From the IMG/VR virus record IMGVR_UViG_3300002131_000090, positions 32,001 through 96,000 of that record: 64,000 nt of DNA. One strand, 5' to 3'. The translations under genes were made by a program, and so were the position numbers. Below are positions 37,931 to 48,149 of this stretch, one piece after another (the first letter of the stretch is position 1; each line of letters begins with the position of its first letter). Source of the DNA: a virus. The notes under the pieces are model-generated. The model worked only from the letters and a program-made list of their open reading frames with translations. It had not been told where the DNA came from and did not search any database.

Positions 37931-38856
37931 CCTAGCTTTTCTTTCATTTTTTGATAAAACACGCCGTTTCTTGAATCTAATAACGGAGTTCTAATATTAA
38001 TTCTATTTGTAGTTTTATCTCTATGGAACTCGTTCCATTCAAAGTCTCCTTGTGCAACATGTATAGTATGAGATGGGGTCAATCCAAAGTAATCACATAC
38101 TGTTGCTTGATGTTCTTTATATATGTTTGCACAATTATCTGGTGAAAATTCTTTCATTAATAGCAATCCTGCAAATATGTTAGTATGTATTCCGTGTCGC
38201 CATTCGTACTGTAGTGCTAACGGACCATGATTCCACTTACTAAAACATATTCCAGATCTCCATTGCCCAGTTTGCAATCCTTTTGTTGTACTAAATGTAA
38301 CTACCTTGATACAATCATGATCTAAAGACCAACTAAGATCGTAACATGTTCCAAACCATGCACAGTCAATTAAAACTGGAATATTTAACTTATTACAAGT
38401 TTCCATAATTTCTTCATATAGTGGATGTACTTCGCCTGTACCACTAAATGGTATACTAAGAATAACTGCATCGCCGAATTCTAACGGTCTGTCGTCAATA
38501 AAGTCATCCCAATTCCATGCATATGCATCTCTATTGTAAGGGTATTCACCTCTTAACATTCTCGGTGTCCAGTTATTTCTTGCACATTCGTAATGGAACC
38601 AATCTAAAGTTTGTGTTGCTCCTAGACTTACATATCGATGCGGAAAAGTTTCTAATCCAGTAATCTTAACAGTTTCTGAAGATTCTATCCATTTAGGATA
38701 AAATTCTAAAAATTCATCTTGTACATCGTAGTCGCCATTAAACCATCCGTTTTCCTTTATGTAGTTAGATAAAAATTTTGTACATTCGGAAACTTTAGCA
38801 GAGTTGCCAGTTTTTCCTAAATAGTCTCCATACAAGGATTCAAACTTTTTACTCAT
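37927..38856 (-). CDS. PLP-dependent enzyme (fold-type I)
   Basis: GEYPY, IDCAWFG, FSTTKG..WRSG; paralog of 28994-29767; probable ATG 38856. Confidence 0.7.
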   Translation of the reverse strand: MSKKFESLYGDYLGKTGNSAKVSECTKFLSNYIKENGWFNGDYDVQDEFLEFYPKWIESSETVKITGLETFPHRYVSLGATQTLDWFHYECARNNWTPRMLRGEYPYNRDAYAWNWDDFIDDRPLEFGDAVILSIPFSGTGEVHPLYEEIMETCNKLNIPVLIDCAWFGTCYDLSWSLDHDCIKVVTFSTTKGLQTGQWRSGICFSKWNHGPLALQYEWRHGIHTNIFAGLLLMKEFSPDNCANIYKEHQATVCDYFGLTPSHTIHVAQGDFEWNEFHRDKTTNRINIRTPLLDSRNGVFYQKMKEKLG

Positions 38857-40174
38857 TCCAATATTTCCTATAATTTGGCACAATTTTTAGAAAATCTGTT
38901 TTTCTAATCTTGTCTAATGCATTCATGTAATTCTTAAACATGTTAAATAAGTATGGCTGGTTCTCTGAATCGCCTTCTTTAATAGTTTTAAGTAAAGTTT
39001 TTCTAAACTTGTATATACCTGCAGAATATGTATATGTACTCCCATCATAGGGATAAGGCATTTCATCGTCGATATCTTTTATCATATCGTATGCAGTTTG
39101 TTTCATTTCTTTAGTTAACACTTCGAGACTCAGATATTTTGGTGTTACTACTGTATTTGAAAATGTTATAGTAGCAGTATCTTTGTATTGTTGGAACCAG
39201 TTCCATGTTTGTGCAATATTAAATATATTTGGTGCCATTGTTGTATAAGCTATACACAATTCTATGTTATCAAAAGAAATAAAGTACTGAATCATTTTGT
39301 CTAAGTGATCTTGGTCATAATGTAGGCCGCCTCGACATAGTTGATACAGTTCTCCTATACCTTCAATACTAAGATAGAGTACAATCTTTTTAAATTTTGT
39401 AAGAAGTTCAAAAAATTCAGGATTTATAATTGTTGCATTAGTTGAAATGTCTAAGGTAATACGATCATTCCATCCAAATTCAATTAGCTTTTCTAATATC
39501 TTAATATTTTTATCTTCGTAAAACGGTTCGCCGCCTCTAAATGCAACAAACTGGAGATTTTTAAAATAATCCTTGTTAGAAAATAAGTTTTCTATAACTG
39601 CATCATCAATACTATAATATCCATAAGGATTTTGTTCATTTCTAAAAACTTCGCTGTGTTTCTTTTTTAACTTTTTTTCATCAGGTATCCACGCAGTGCT
39701 TACGTCTCCGTTGCAATGAATACATTTTAAATTACATTTATTTGAAGTGTTAATATCTAAATATATAAAGTCTGGTTTATCAAAGTTTTCAACCTTTGGT
39801 CTACGAATAGGATTATTAAGATTAGGATCACCACGTGTATCAGGGTAGTAGTACTTTTCTTCTAATGTATCTTGTGGTATTCTTGTAGTAAAAAATGTTT
39901 CAAAAAACTTACGTCTACTATGTCCTGCAAACTGTTCTTTTTTAACACAGTTTGAACAACCAATATTATCAGAAAAGTTAATGTGATCTTTTCTTAGGTT
40001 AGACCAGACTTCTCCGTCCCACATTTCGGATAGTGAAGATGTATTAAGATTTCCGAAGTACGGATCTCTAAATATACCGTCTGGCGCTACATTACCAAAA
40101 CTATCGATGCTTAATGCCTTCCACGGTGCAATACATAATGGCTTTGGTATAAGACCTTTCCATTTACTATCCAA
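38849..40174 (-). CDS. Radical SAM enzyme with an N-terminal twitch-like domain
   Basis: LCIAPW..CSNC; CNLKCIHC; GGEP. Confidence 0.88.
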   Translation of the reverse strand: MDSKWKGLIPKPLCIAPWKALSIDSFGNVAPDGIFRDPYFGNLNTSSLSEMWDGEVWSNLRKDHINFSDNIGCSNCVKKEQFAGHSRRKFFETFFTTRIPQDTLEEKYYYPDTRGDPNLNNPIRRPKVENFDKPDFIYLDINTSNKCNLKCIHCNGDVSTAWIPDEKKLKKKHSEVFRNEQNPYGYYSIDDAVIENLFSNKDYFKNLQFVAFRGGEPFYEDKNIKILEKLIEFGWNDRITLDISTNATIINPEFFELLTKFKKIVLYLSIEGIGELYQLCRGGLHYDQDHLDKMIQYFISFDNIELCIAYTTMAPNIFNIAQTWNWFQQYKDTATITFSNTVVTPKYLSLEVLTKEMKQTAYDMIKDIDDEMPYPYDGSTYTYSAGIYKFRKTLLKTIKEGDSENQPYLFNMFKNYMNALDKIRKTDFLKIVPNYRKYWNE

Positions 40175-41240
40175 AGTAATCCTCCTTGGAACCTTCTCTA
40201 ACTAAGTCTTGGGTTACGCAATGTATACCACCGTCCCAGAAGTATTGATGTCTAAATTTCCAATAAATTGGTGTAATGCCGTGGTTTTCCATTCGACGAA
40301 ATGCGTCTTTATTAGTACCAGTACATATTACTGCTTCTTCTGATACACTTAAAACATTTACATCAAATACTGTTTCATCAACACAACCAATCCAATGTGA
40401 GAACCATTCTTCTATAAACCCTTTATAAAAACGTTGTTTACGTATTGATGTAAATTCTGTAGGAAGTTCTGTTTCGCTATCTACTTCAATAATATCCCAA
40501 TGTTTTAATTTTTCAGGGATCCATGATTTCTTCCATGTCATTAATACACCAGGTTTTAACAAGGCAATCTTACCATCGCAATGTCCGCCAACTTCAACTT
40601 GGTTAAATGTAAACTCTTCGCCTAATTCTCGTTTTAACCATTCCAAGCCTGCTGTAGTTCCTCTACCTTTTACTGTATCAACGTCACCCGGCAATGTATG
40701 AAACAAGTCCTTACCACATTTGATAATATTTGCAGCATGGAACAGTATTTGACTATTAGCTAGTGCTTCATAAGAAGTTTTTTTGTTTGGAACTTTTGCC
40801 ATTGGCATTGATAGCCAACGCATACCTCTATCATATAGTCCACGACTAATATCTTGATATGCTAAATTTTCAAACATTCTTCCCGAGTCGCCAGTGTAAT
40901 GCTCAACAATAGTTGATCCAAACACCCCTAGCACATCTCTGGGCATAAGTGGGTGATTAGGATATTCACATTGTAACCAAGGTAAGTCAATTGATTCAAT
41001 TTGAGAAAAGTTAAACAAATTGTTAGGTCTATGAACTTTAATACCCATTCCAGTTAACAATGTTACTAGGTTGTCAAGGTCTTCGGCAGTTTCTTCAAAT
41101 ACTCGTTTTAACAAATCACGGGCTTCTGGATCAGGGATGTTATCAAAGTTGTCAGGGCTAAATGCACTTCCGACAATAACTTCTTTTAAAGGCTGAAATT
41201 CTGTATATGTTGCAGGGCTATTCAATTTATTTCTCTCCAT
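40167..41240 (-). CDS. Amidinotransferase (second copy)
   Basis: TEFQPLKEVIVG, MPRD, GHCDG, GGIHCVTQD. Confidence 0.85.
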   Translation of the reverse strand: MERNKLNSPATYTEFQPLKEVIVGSAFSPDNFDNIPDPEARDLLKRVFEETAEDLDNLVTLLTGMGIKVHRPNNLFNFSQIESIDLPWLQCEYPNHPLMPRDVLGVFGSTIVEHYTGDSGRMFENLAYQDISRGLYDRGMRWLSMPMAKVPNKKTSYEALANSQILFHAANIIKCGKDLFHTLPGDVDTVKGRGTTAGLEWLKRELGEEFTFNQVEVGGHCDGKIALLKPGVLMTWKKSWIPEKLKHWDIIEVDSETELPTEFTSIRKQRFYKGFIEEWFSHWIGCVDETVFDVNVLSVSEEAVICTGTNKDAFRRMENHGITPIYWKFRHQYFWDGGIHCVTQDLVREGSKEDYFG

Positions 41241-42307
41241 CTGTAACCAAGTACGCTACTGTCTTGTTTTCTGTGCTTGTCTAGTATTTTAAAATAGTTA
41301 TAAACACTAGTAAGATTTTCTATATTTCCTGGTTTTTCTACTATGTTTTTAATTTTTCTTGCAGGTTGATAGGTTTCGCATAATTTGTAAAATATGTCTT
41401 TAGAATAACTATTGCAATGAGACGGATTCATAAACCCGGGCGTAATAGTAGTATTCATTAAATGATCAAGACTTTCTTCTTCGGCCCATCTGCACAAGTT
41501 AGGTAACGTATGTAAATTATAACACGAAACTGTAGTAAAGCAACTGATTTTTTTAGCTATTGTCTTGATTTCTTTAATATTTTTTTCTATCTTTGACCAT
41601 TTGCTAGGCCAGCGTATATATTCATTTATCTCTTTATAACCGTCAATACTTAAATCAACATTAACTTTAAAATTTGAAAGTTTCTCTGTTAGTTTTTTTG
41701 GCCAATTATTTGCATTAGTTGTTAAACGTATAGTAGCTTTACTATTGTTTTTTATCAATACGTCAAGAAAGTCAACAAGATAGTTAGAAACTGTTGGTTC
41801 TCCTCCAGTAAAACGTATTTCGTCTCTGTCGCTCATAAACTCAGCTACTTCGGATAATAATTTAGGATCGTCGTACCAATTGCTGTTGTTGCTGTTGCTG
41901 TTGAACAAGGATCTGTTGTTGATAAACTCGTGATCTGCTGTATTTTTTAATGTTCTAATTTCTAAATCAATTAAACTGCTATTAGTAGGACTACACATCA
42001 TACATGCAAGATTACATAAGTTACCAAACTTTACTTCTGCATCTCTTTTGTTAGAGTACTTGTTTATACCAGTGTAACGTAAACTTTCAACGTTGTTTTC
42101 TTCTTCAAATTTACAATCAGCACAGCCAGACGGCCATTCGTTATTATCTAACGTATCCTCTATGGTTTTTACCCATGCACTGTTTGTATATTGAGATATA
42201 TTATCAGTTACATTATATGAATTTCCAGTATTTCTCCAACTACAGCAAGGCCTTAAATCACCATTAACGTCCATACTTACATGATTTTTAAGCCAATTGC
42301 ATTTCAT
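41222..42307 (-). CDS. Radical SAM enzyme with an N-terminal twitch-like domain
   Basis: C..PCC..CADC; CNLACMMC; GGEP. Confidence 0.9.
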   Translation of the reverse strand: MKCNWLKNHVSMDVNGDLRPCCSWRNTGNSYNVTDNISQYTNSAWVKTIEDTLDNNEWPSGCADCKFEEENNVESLRYTGINKYSNKRDAEVKFGNLCNLACMMCSPTNSSLIDLEIRTLKNTADHEFINNRSLFNSNSNNSNWYDDPKLLSEVAEFMSDRDEIRFTGGEPTVSNYLVDFLDVLIKNNSKATIRLTTNANNWPKKLTEKLSNFKVNVDLSIDGYKEINEYIRWPSKWSKIEKNIKEIKTIAKKISCFTTVSCYNLHTLPNLCRWAEEESLDHLMNTTITPGFMNPSHCNSYSKDIFYKLCETYQPARKIKNIVEKPGNIENLTSVYNYFKILDKHRKQDSSVLGYRWREIN

Positions 42308-43515
42308 TAATACATCTCCACTGGTATAATTTTAGTTAAATCTTTTTTTGTAAACTTGTCTAAAGATTTCATTTTAATTAAAAATTCTTTCCAGAATTCA
42401 TTATTTGATTCTTCTGACAATATATGATCAATTATTCGTTTCTTTCCTTCGTTTGATAGTTGCATATTTTTAATCTTATCTATATATAAATCTTTTAAGT
42501 TTGCTGGCATATATGCTAAATTTAGATACTTAGGATATCTAACAAGATCTATGCTTTTTTGATTAAAGTTTTTAGTGTTTATATCGCTTGACATCCAGTT
42601 GGATAATTTATCAAAATGCCAAGTAGTTAATACATTTAAAACAGTATGTATTCCAAATATTAAGTTAGTATTATACAATAAGTTTAATGAATAATACCAT
42701 TCTATATTTTTTTCAATAGTTTTCCAATTACTAAGTGTTCTAGCATAATCATTAACTTCTCCGTAGCCGTCAATACTAAAAATTATATTAACTGTTCCAA
42801 TTTTTTTCCAAATTTCAATTACTTCCAACGGAGGACGTTTTGTAACGTTAGTATGATATATTATTTCTAAAGATTCTAAATTAGGATGTACTCGTTCGAG
42901 CTCTTTTAAAAATCCTACATGCTCTACAGACATCATAGGTTCGCCGCCAAGAATTTTTATTAATGTTAATTTTGATAAATCTATTTCTGTAAAATCGTAT
43001 TGATTCATGCTTATAACATTTGTCTTTGCTTTTCCATTAGCATTAATAGTTTCTCTTGGAACTATATGTTCGTCTCGTATGTTATCTACATAAAAAGTTT
43101 TATTATATAGATTTGCCCAACTAGAACTATCAACTATAGTACACATTCTACAAGCTAGATTGCAAAGATTACTAAAAACAATTTCTAAATACTCTAATTC
43201 AAATTTTTCAACATTAACTGTATTAGCAAACTGCTTATTAAATAGTTGACGCATACTTTCTTTACCGGCAGCTTCCTCGTTCCAACATTTAATGCATCCG
43301 GGAAGTTTTTCTCCATTTTGCATTTTTTGTTGTAGAAGTTTGATATAGTTTTCGTCTTTAATTGCCTCGTGCGGTGGTTGAAAGATGTTATACTCGTTAT
43401 TCTCGTCTTTTCCAATAAAGAATCTGCAACATGGAGTAACAATTGGACCGTCTGGATGAGTGCCTAGTGCAACGTGTTTCCACAATAAAGAACACGCATT
43501 TGGATGTAACGTCAA
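42307..43515 (-). CDS. Radical SAM enzyme with an N-terminal twitch-like domain
   Basis: C..PCC..CIKC; CNLACRMC; GGEP. Confidence 0.9.
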   Translation of the reverse strand: MTLHPNACSLLWKHVALGTHPDGPIVTPCCRFFIGKDENNEYNIFQPPHEAIKDENYIKLLQQKMQNGEKLPGCIKCWNEEAAGKESMRQLFNKQFANTVNVEKFELEYLEIVFSNLCNLACRMCTIVDSSSWANLYNKTFYVDNIRDEHIVPRETINANGKAKTNVISMNQYDFTEIDLSKLTLIKILGGEPMMSVEHVGFLKELERVHPNLESLEIIYHTNVTKRPPLEVIEIWKKIGTVNIIFSIDGYGEVNDYARTLSNWKTIEKNIEWYYSLNLLYNTNLIFGIHTVLNVLTTWHFDKLSNWMSSDINTKNFNQKSIDLVRYPKYLNLAYMPANLKDLYIDKIKNMQLSNEGKKRIIDHILSEESNNEFWKEFLIKMKSLDKFTKKDLTKIIPVEMY

Positions 43516-44915
43516 TTAAAAATTCCTTTCATTTCAGGAAATGTTTCAGCAAATGTAATTCCTCTTTGCTTATCGCACAACTCTAGAAATTCCTTCATCT
43601 CAGGTAAACGTACACTCCAGTCTTCTGATTCCATAAACTGTAACATACCCATTAACCTATCTACGCCGTAACTAGCAGCTCTCCATGTTTCAAAATCAAC
43701 CTTGCCTTTATGCCAGCTAGGAATTCCTTTTTCCCAATTAGCTTCCCACCACGGTATAAATTCTTCATACTTTTTACGGCATTCTTCTTTAAACCATTTA
43801 GGAAGTACTTTGACATTAAGATGTGGAGGATGGTAAACAAAGTGATAGTTTACCCCGCCTGCGCCAAAAGGCCACATATTAATTTTCTTAAAGCCTTGTT
43901 CTAATTTCCATTTAATAAGATCGGGTATGTAATATATGTTTAGTGCTTGTACTGCACATGCAATTGTGATTTCAGTATTGTTTGGAGTTTGCGTGTCTAG
44001 TATATGAAATACTTCTTCCATACGGTTCCATTTACTAGGATAACGAATGTAATCGTTCATTTGCTCAATGCTGTCTATTGAATAATGGAAACGTACTAAT
44101 TTAAAATGACTCCATAACTCGAATAAATCTTCTCTCCATTCAACACCGTTTGAGTTGTAACGTATTTCTAAGTCTTTTGCATAACCCATCTTAATGGCAT
44201 ATTCAAGTATTTCGTAATGTTCTTCAATAATAAGACTTTCACCGCCAGCAAAGTAAATTTGTTGCATACTGGGCATCTGTTCGTAAAATTGTTTCCAAAA
44301 TGTAGGATTTTGCTTATGCCAGTTGTAACTACTGCCGTTGTAACTGCCTTTGTTTTCCCATTGCATTGTTTCTTTAAGAGATTCATTTTTTACAGCAGGA
44401 AAGATTGATTTGTAATCTTTAATCCAACCGCTACTATCATGCGGTGAACACATTACACAAGCTAACTGACACTTTGTGCCAAAACGTAAATCAATGTATG
44501 CTAGTTGTGGCGGAACGCGGCCGTCTTCCTTTGTGTCTGCAAGTATTTTATCAACATCAACACGCTGACTCCAATATTCTGTTTCCCACATACGTTTACT
44601 ATTATGCCCTGCTGCTTCTTCTTTATAACATTTTATACAGCTAGGCGGCTTTTCTCCTGCAAGCATTTGCTTACGCACATTCCTCATATATGTGCTGTTC
44701 CATGCTGTTTCAAAGTCGCTAACATTTAAATTGCTAGGTTTACCATCTTCTGTTTTAAGAATACCAACTTGTCCTCCGTGTACTTTATCATTTGTTGCAC
44801 CAACACTGCTTGCATTAGCTGTACAACATACACGCATACTACCATCTGGGCGTGTACTTAGATGTACCCAAGGCAATAAGCAAAACGTATCAGATGGCAT
44901 CTTTTTATCAGTCAT
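43512..44915 (-). CDS. Radical SAM enzyme with an N-terminal twitch-like domain
   Basis: FCLLPW..VCC..CIKC; CQLACVMC; GGES; probable ATG 44915 after GAAGG. Confidence 0.9.
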   Translation of the reverse strand: MTDKKMPSDTFCLLPWVHLSTRPDGSMRVCCTANASSVGATNDKVHGGQVGILKTEDGKPSNLNVSDFETAWNSTYMRNVRKQMLAGEKPPSCIKCYKEEAAGHNSKRMWETEYWSQRVDVDKILADTKEDGRVPPQLAYIDLRFGTKCQLACVMCSPHDSSGWIKDYKSIFPAVKNESLKETMQWENKGSYNGSSYNWHKQNPTFWKQFYEQMPSMQQIYFAGGESLIIEEHYEILEYAIKMGYAKDLEIRYNSNGVEWREDLFELWSHFKLVRFHYSIDSIEQMNDYIRYPSKWNRMEEVFHILDTQTPNNTEITIACAVQALNIYYIPDLIKWKLEQGFKKINMWPFGAGGVNYHFVYHPPHLNVKVLPKWFKEECRKKYEEFIPWWEANWEKGIPSWHKGKVDFETWRAASYGVDRLMGMLQFMESEDWSVRLPEMKEFLELCDKQRGITFAETFPEMKGIFN

Positions 44916-44988
44916 TTGTCGGCCTTCTATCTTTCTTTTCTTTAATTTTTTTCTCTTGTATGCTTGCTTTGTTGCAACTTTAAACAAC

Positions 44989-46308
44989 TTATAATCCATC
45001 GTACCAGTAATCGGACAATTCTGGAAAATAGTCAAATATATTGTTATTGTTTATTCTATCGCACATATTGAAAAAATTACAAACGTTTTTTGTAAGTTTA
45101 GGATTGTTGTAATCTGAATTTTTTAAAAAGTTATAACAATTAGTTGCATGATGAAGATAGTCTTCAACAAAATAACGGTCAGTTGAATAATCACCAACAT
45201 GTGCTATTGTCCATTCGATATCAGCTAATGCCTTTAATTTTAAGTCATCAGGTAAATGGATTGACGAAGTAGGATTTTTAAGTACTAAACTTGAATGAAA
45301 ACCAAGATCGTTCTCTATCCAGTCAAACATTATGTCTTTCCATCGCAAGGCAGAAAACATATTAAATGTTACAGTTCCAACTATATATCTTCTACTTTTA
45401 CCTTTAAAATAATGACTAAATTTTTTAATATTATCTGTTAGAAGTTCTATGTTACCTTCGGCTCTAAAATAATTATATGTCAAAAAAGATGTATCAATAC
45501 TTACACGTACTATTAATTTATTAAACTTATCCCAGTATTCAAAATATTTTTCGATGTTGTTAATGTTGAAATTTGAATTATAATCAAGATCTTGTTTATA
45601 TGAAGTTTTAGATGTATTAACTAGATAGTCTAGCCATTCTGTATGTTCAGGGGCTAATAATGGCTCGCCACCGGAAAATTGTATTAACTTAGTTGAACTT
45701 AAAAGTTCTTTTATATCTTCTTTATATTTAGATTTACTAGTCAAACCGTTTTTAAAATGATTATTAAAATTGTCAAACGGCACATCAGTGTCACCGTTTT
45801 CAATTCCTACTACATGATCGTATATGTCAAAGTTTTCTTTGACTGATAGTTTTTCAATCCACTTAGTAGACGAATCAGGCCCGCAGTGCATACATCTTAG
45901 ATTACATAATAGACTCGGTCTCATTTCAATACGCACAAAATTTTCAATTTTAGCAGTCAATGGATCTTGTTTAATTCTTGAAATTAATGTATCTTTTTCT
46001 TTTTCATCAAGTCTAAGATTATAATCTTTAAAAAAATCCATTCTTGGAGATATAGCGTTATGCGATTCAGCATACCAACAAGACTGGCAGTTTTTATGCT
46101 GTTTTCCTGTATACAATGCATCTCTTATTTCTTTTGCTTTGTCACTATTAAACACATCAATAAATCGTTCTTCTTTCCAGTTACCTATGTTTTGTTGACC
46201 GCGATAACATGTTCTAACATCGCCTACTTGATCAAGGTCGGTTCCAATATACGGAGCAAAACAAAAGGTTTCAGGATTTAATCCAAGTTTTTTTAATTGT
46301 TGTTTCAT
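44989..46308 (-). CDS. Radical SAM enzyme with an N-terminal twitch-like domain
   Basis: FCFAPY..TCY..CQSC; CNLRCMHC; GGEP. Confidence 0.9.
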   Translation of the reverse strand: MKQQLKKLGLNPETFCFAPYIGTDLDQVGDVRTCYRGQQNIGNWKEERFIDVFNSDKAKEIRDALYTGKQHKNCQSCWYAESHNAISPRMDFFKDYNLRLDEKEKDTLISRIKQDPLTAKIENFVRIEMRPSLLCNLRCMHCGPDSSTKWIEKLSVKENFDIYDHVVGIENGDTDVPFDNFNNHFKNGLTSKSKYKEDIKELLSSTKLIQFSGGEPLLAPEHTEWLDYLVNTSKTSYKQDLDYNSNFNINNIEKYFEYWDKFNKLIVRVSIDTSFLTYNYFRAEGNIELLTDNIKKFSHYFKGKSRRYIVGTVTFNMFSALRWKDIMFDWIENDLGFHSSLVLKNPTSSIHLPDDLKLKALADIEWTIAHVGDYSTDRYFVEDYLHHATNCYNFLKNSDYNNPKLTKNVCNFFNMCDRINNNNIFDYFPELSDYWYDGL

Positions 46309-46315
46309 TATTATG

Positions 46316-46322
46316 TATTTAT
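46316..46322 (-). promoter_or_regulatory. Possible late-type promoter (ATAAATA) 7 nt before ATG 46308
   Basis: Minus strand caATAAATAcataataATG; no SD. Confidence 0.4.
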
Positions 46323-46329
46323 TGACACT

Positions 46330-46365
46330 TTATATAAACTGCGCACTAAATGGATCAAACTCGGT
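46330..46365 (-). pseudogene. Orphan 3'-end remnant of the radical SAM gene at 48843-49910 (repeat C copy 2)
   Basis: Reads TEFDPFSAQFI* versus AEFDPFGEQFK* at 48843-48878 (27/36 nt; stop in register). Confidence 0.8.
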
Positions 46366-47086
46366 CCGAGTCTGACTTTCTGTAAATTACTTCAACCCAG
46401 TCAGTCCTTCCGTTTAGAGGATTTTTACTAATATGTGATATATCATATAGTTCAAAGTTATACGGTATAATAAGTTTTTCAAATTCTAAAAAACTAATAC
46501 GTGTTTCGTATAAATCGTATAAATTTAATTCGCTAACTATTATGTCAGTGTTATTTAAAATGGACGACGCACCTTCTAAAATTAAAAGTTCAGCGCCCTG
46601 TACATCCATTTTTAAAATATCGACCTTTGTAATATTTGAATCTTTTAAACAATTATCAAGCGTATCTACAGCAACCGTTTCAGTAGTATTATTAAAGAAA
46701 TTATGATGTCCTTCTTCGGGGCGATTGACTGCTATTGAATCAGTACTAAGTTTGTTAAGATTAAAAAAACTACTCAACATTATTTGATGATGATTAACAT
46801 TAAACTCACTAGTTCCTTGAAAATTTGATAATGCAATATTATATAATGTTACATCAGTATAGTGTTGTGTATTTTCTTTTAAATAATTAAACGACTGCAA
46901 TACAGGCTCAAAACTATGTATAATTGCCAAAGGCCATAGTGATTTAAAATAGTCAACACTTTGTCCTATATTTGCACCGGCATCAATAATAACAGGATTT
47001 TTAGTATGTACTAAACTTTTTAATAAATTACCTTTATTAAATTTTTCTTTAGAAATTTCACTACGAGTATGTTCCGGAGTATACAT
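46355..47086 (-). CDS. FkbM-family methyltransferase
   Basis: IIDAGANIGQ, HSFEP, ILKMDVQGAEL. Confidence 0.9.
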   Translation of the reverse strand: MYTPEHTRSEISKEKFNKGNLLKSLVHTKNPVIIDAGANIGQSVDYFKSLWPLAIIHSFEPVLQSFNYLKENTQHYTDVTLYNIALSNFQGTSEFNVNHHQIMLSSFFNLNKLSTDSIAVNRPEEGHHNFFNNTTETVAVDTLDNCLKDSNITKVDILKMDVQGAELLILEGASSILNNTDIIVSELNLYDLYETRISFLEFEKLIIPYNFELYDISHISKNPLNGRTDWVEVIYRKSDSDRV

Positions 47087-47607
47087 TAATAAAACTCCTT
47101 TTCTGAAAGCATCAACAACAGTGTACGTCTATTTTCTGTACATTCCAAACTATCAAAATCGTGCCACGTATGATCATTTCTAATAAATCCAGAGCCACGG
47201 TTTGGTAACCAATTGGTAGTTTTGACGTATGTAGTTGTGTCTTTTTCTTTAAATAATTGTGTGCCACTGCCTGTGTTAGATATAGCTAATACAAATGTCA
47301 TAACTTTTAATGGATTATCATTGTGTATTTTATTATATGCCCAGCCAGGCTTAATAACATCAAATTCTATAGCAGGATACAAATTTGTTATATCGTCAAT
47401 ACCTGCAATACTAGCAATTTTGTGTATATACGGAACTAATAGATTATACATTTCGGGGAAGTTATTTGAACGAACCTGTATGTTATTACGATCTCCAGTA
47501 ACTGATATATTTTTACTAAATTCATTAACCCGATCAAACGCATCAATATCTAATAAATTAGTAATTGTAAAATGCTTCCACGGATCATTGTAAAATTCTA
47601 TTTTCAT
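47086..47607 (-). CDS. 2OG-Fe(II) oxygenase-like protein
   Basis: IHND..K, GTQLF, TWHD, NRRTL; ATG 47607. Confidence 0.7.
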   Translation of the reverse strand: MKIEFYNDPWKHFTITNLLDIDAFDRVNEFSKNISVTGDRNNIQVRSNNFPEMYNLLVPYIHKIASIAGIDDITNLYPAIEFDVIKPGWAYNKIHNDNPLKVMTFVLAISNTGSGTQLFKEKDTTTYVKTTNWLPNRGSGFIRNDHTWHDFDSLECTENRRTLLLMLSEKEFY

Positions 47608-48149
47608 TATACTAGTACTTCCTTGTTTTTCCAATTTGAATTTACATAATTCACAATAACACTTGTTCTATCAGATGTTAATGGCGATAATGCATGTATT
47701 TCTGTGCCTGTATTATTAAAAAACCACCCACAGTTAACATGTGTATCAGTGTTAATATTATTAAAATTTGTACTAATATCACTATCACTTAAATAAATTT
47801 GTAATGTAAAAAGTTTAGCTGCATCATCTGTGTGTCCTTCTAGCCAACTTGCTTTGCTGTCTTTACACAATTCGATACGTGTTCTGCACGAACTATAATC
47901 AGTTCCTGTTATATTAGAAAATAACTGCTTTGTTTTGATACTATCAAAATAAGAAGAAAGTTCTTGATAACTACTGTTATTAATTTGATGTGTCCAAATT
48001 CGAGAAATTCTATCAGTTCTCTTACCTGACAATAATGCATACTCGTATTTTTCTGCACACGTAGTTAATTGTAACAGTTTCGCCTTATCAAAAAAATTAA
48101 CAAATTTAAAAATTTTAAATCCAACATCTGCTTCTGTATAATTAAACAT
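47607..48149 (-). CDS. 2OG-Fe(II) oxygenase-like protein
   Basis: GHTDDAAKLFTLQIYL, IHAL, DRTSVIVNY; ATG 48149. Confidence 0.7.
   Translation of the reverse strand: MFNYTEADVGFKIFKFVNFFDKAKLLQLTTCAEKYEYALLSGKRTDRISRIWTHQINNSSYQELSSYFDSIKTKQLFSNITGTDYSSCRTRIELCKDSKASWLEGHTDDAAKLFTLQIYLSDSDISTNFNNINTDTHVNCGWFFNNTGTEIHALSPLTSDRTSVIVNYVNSNWKNKEVLV

Noticed and set aside
29760-41240. Amidinotransferases as archaeosine (dG+) synthases linked to folE/queE
   Set aside because: Known G+ synthases (ArcS, QueF-like, Gat-QueC) belong to other folds; these are pentein-type enzymes and lie far from the que genes.
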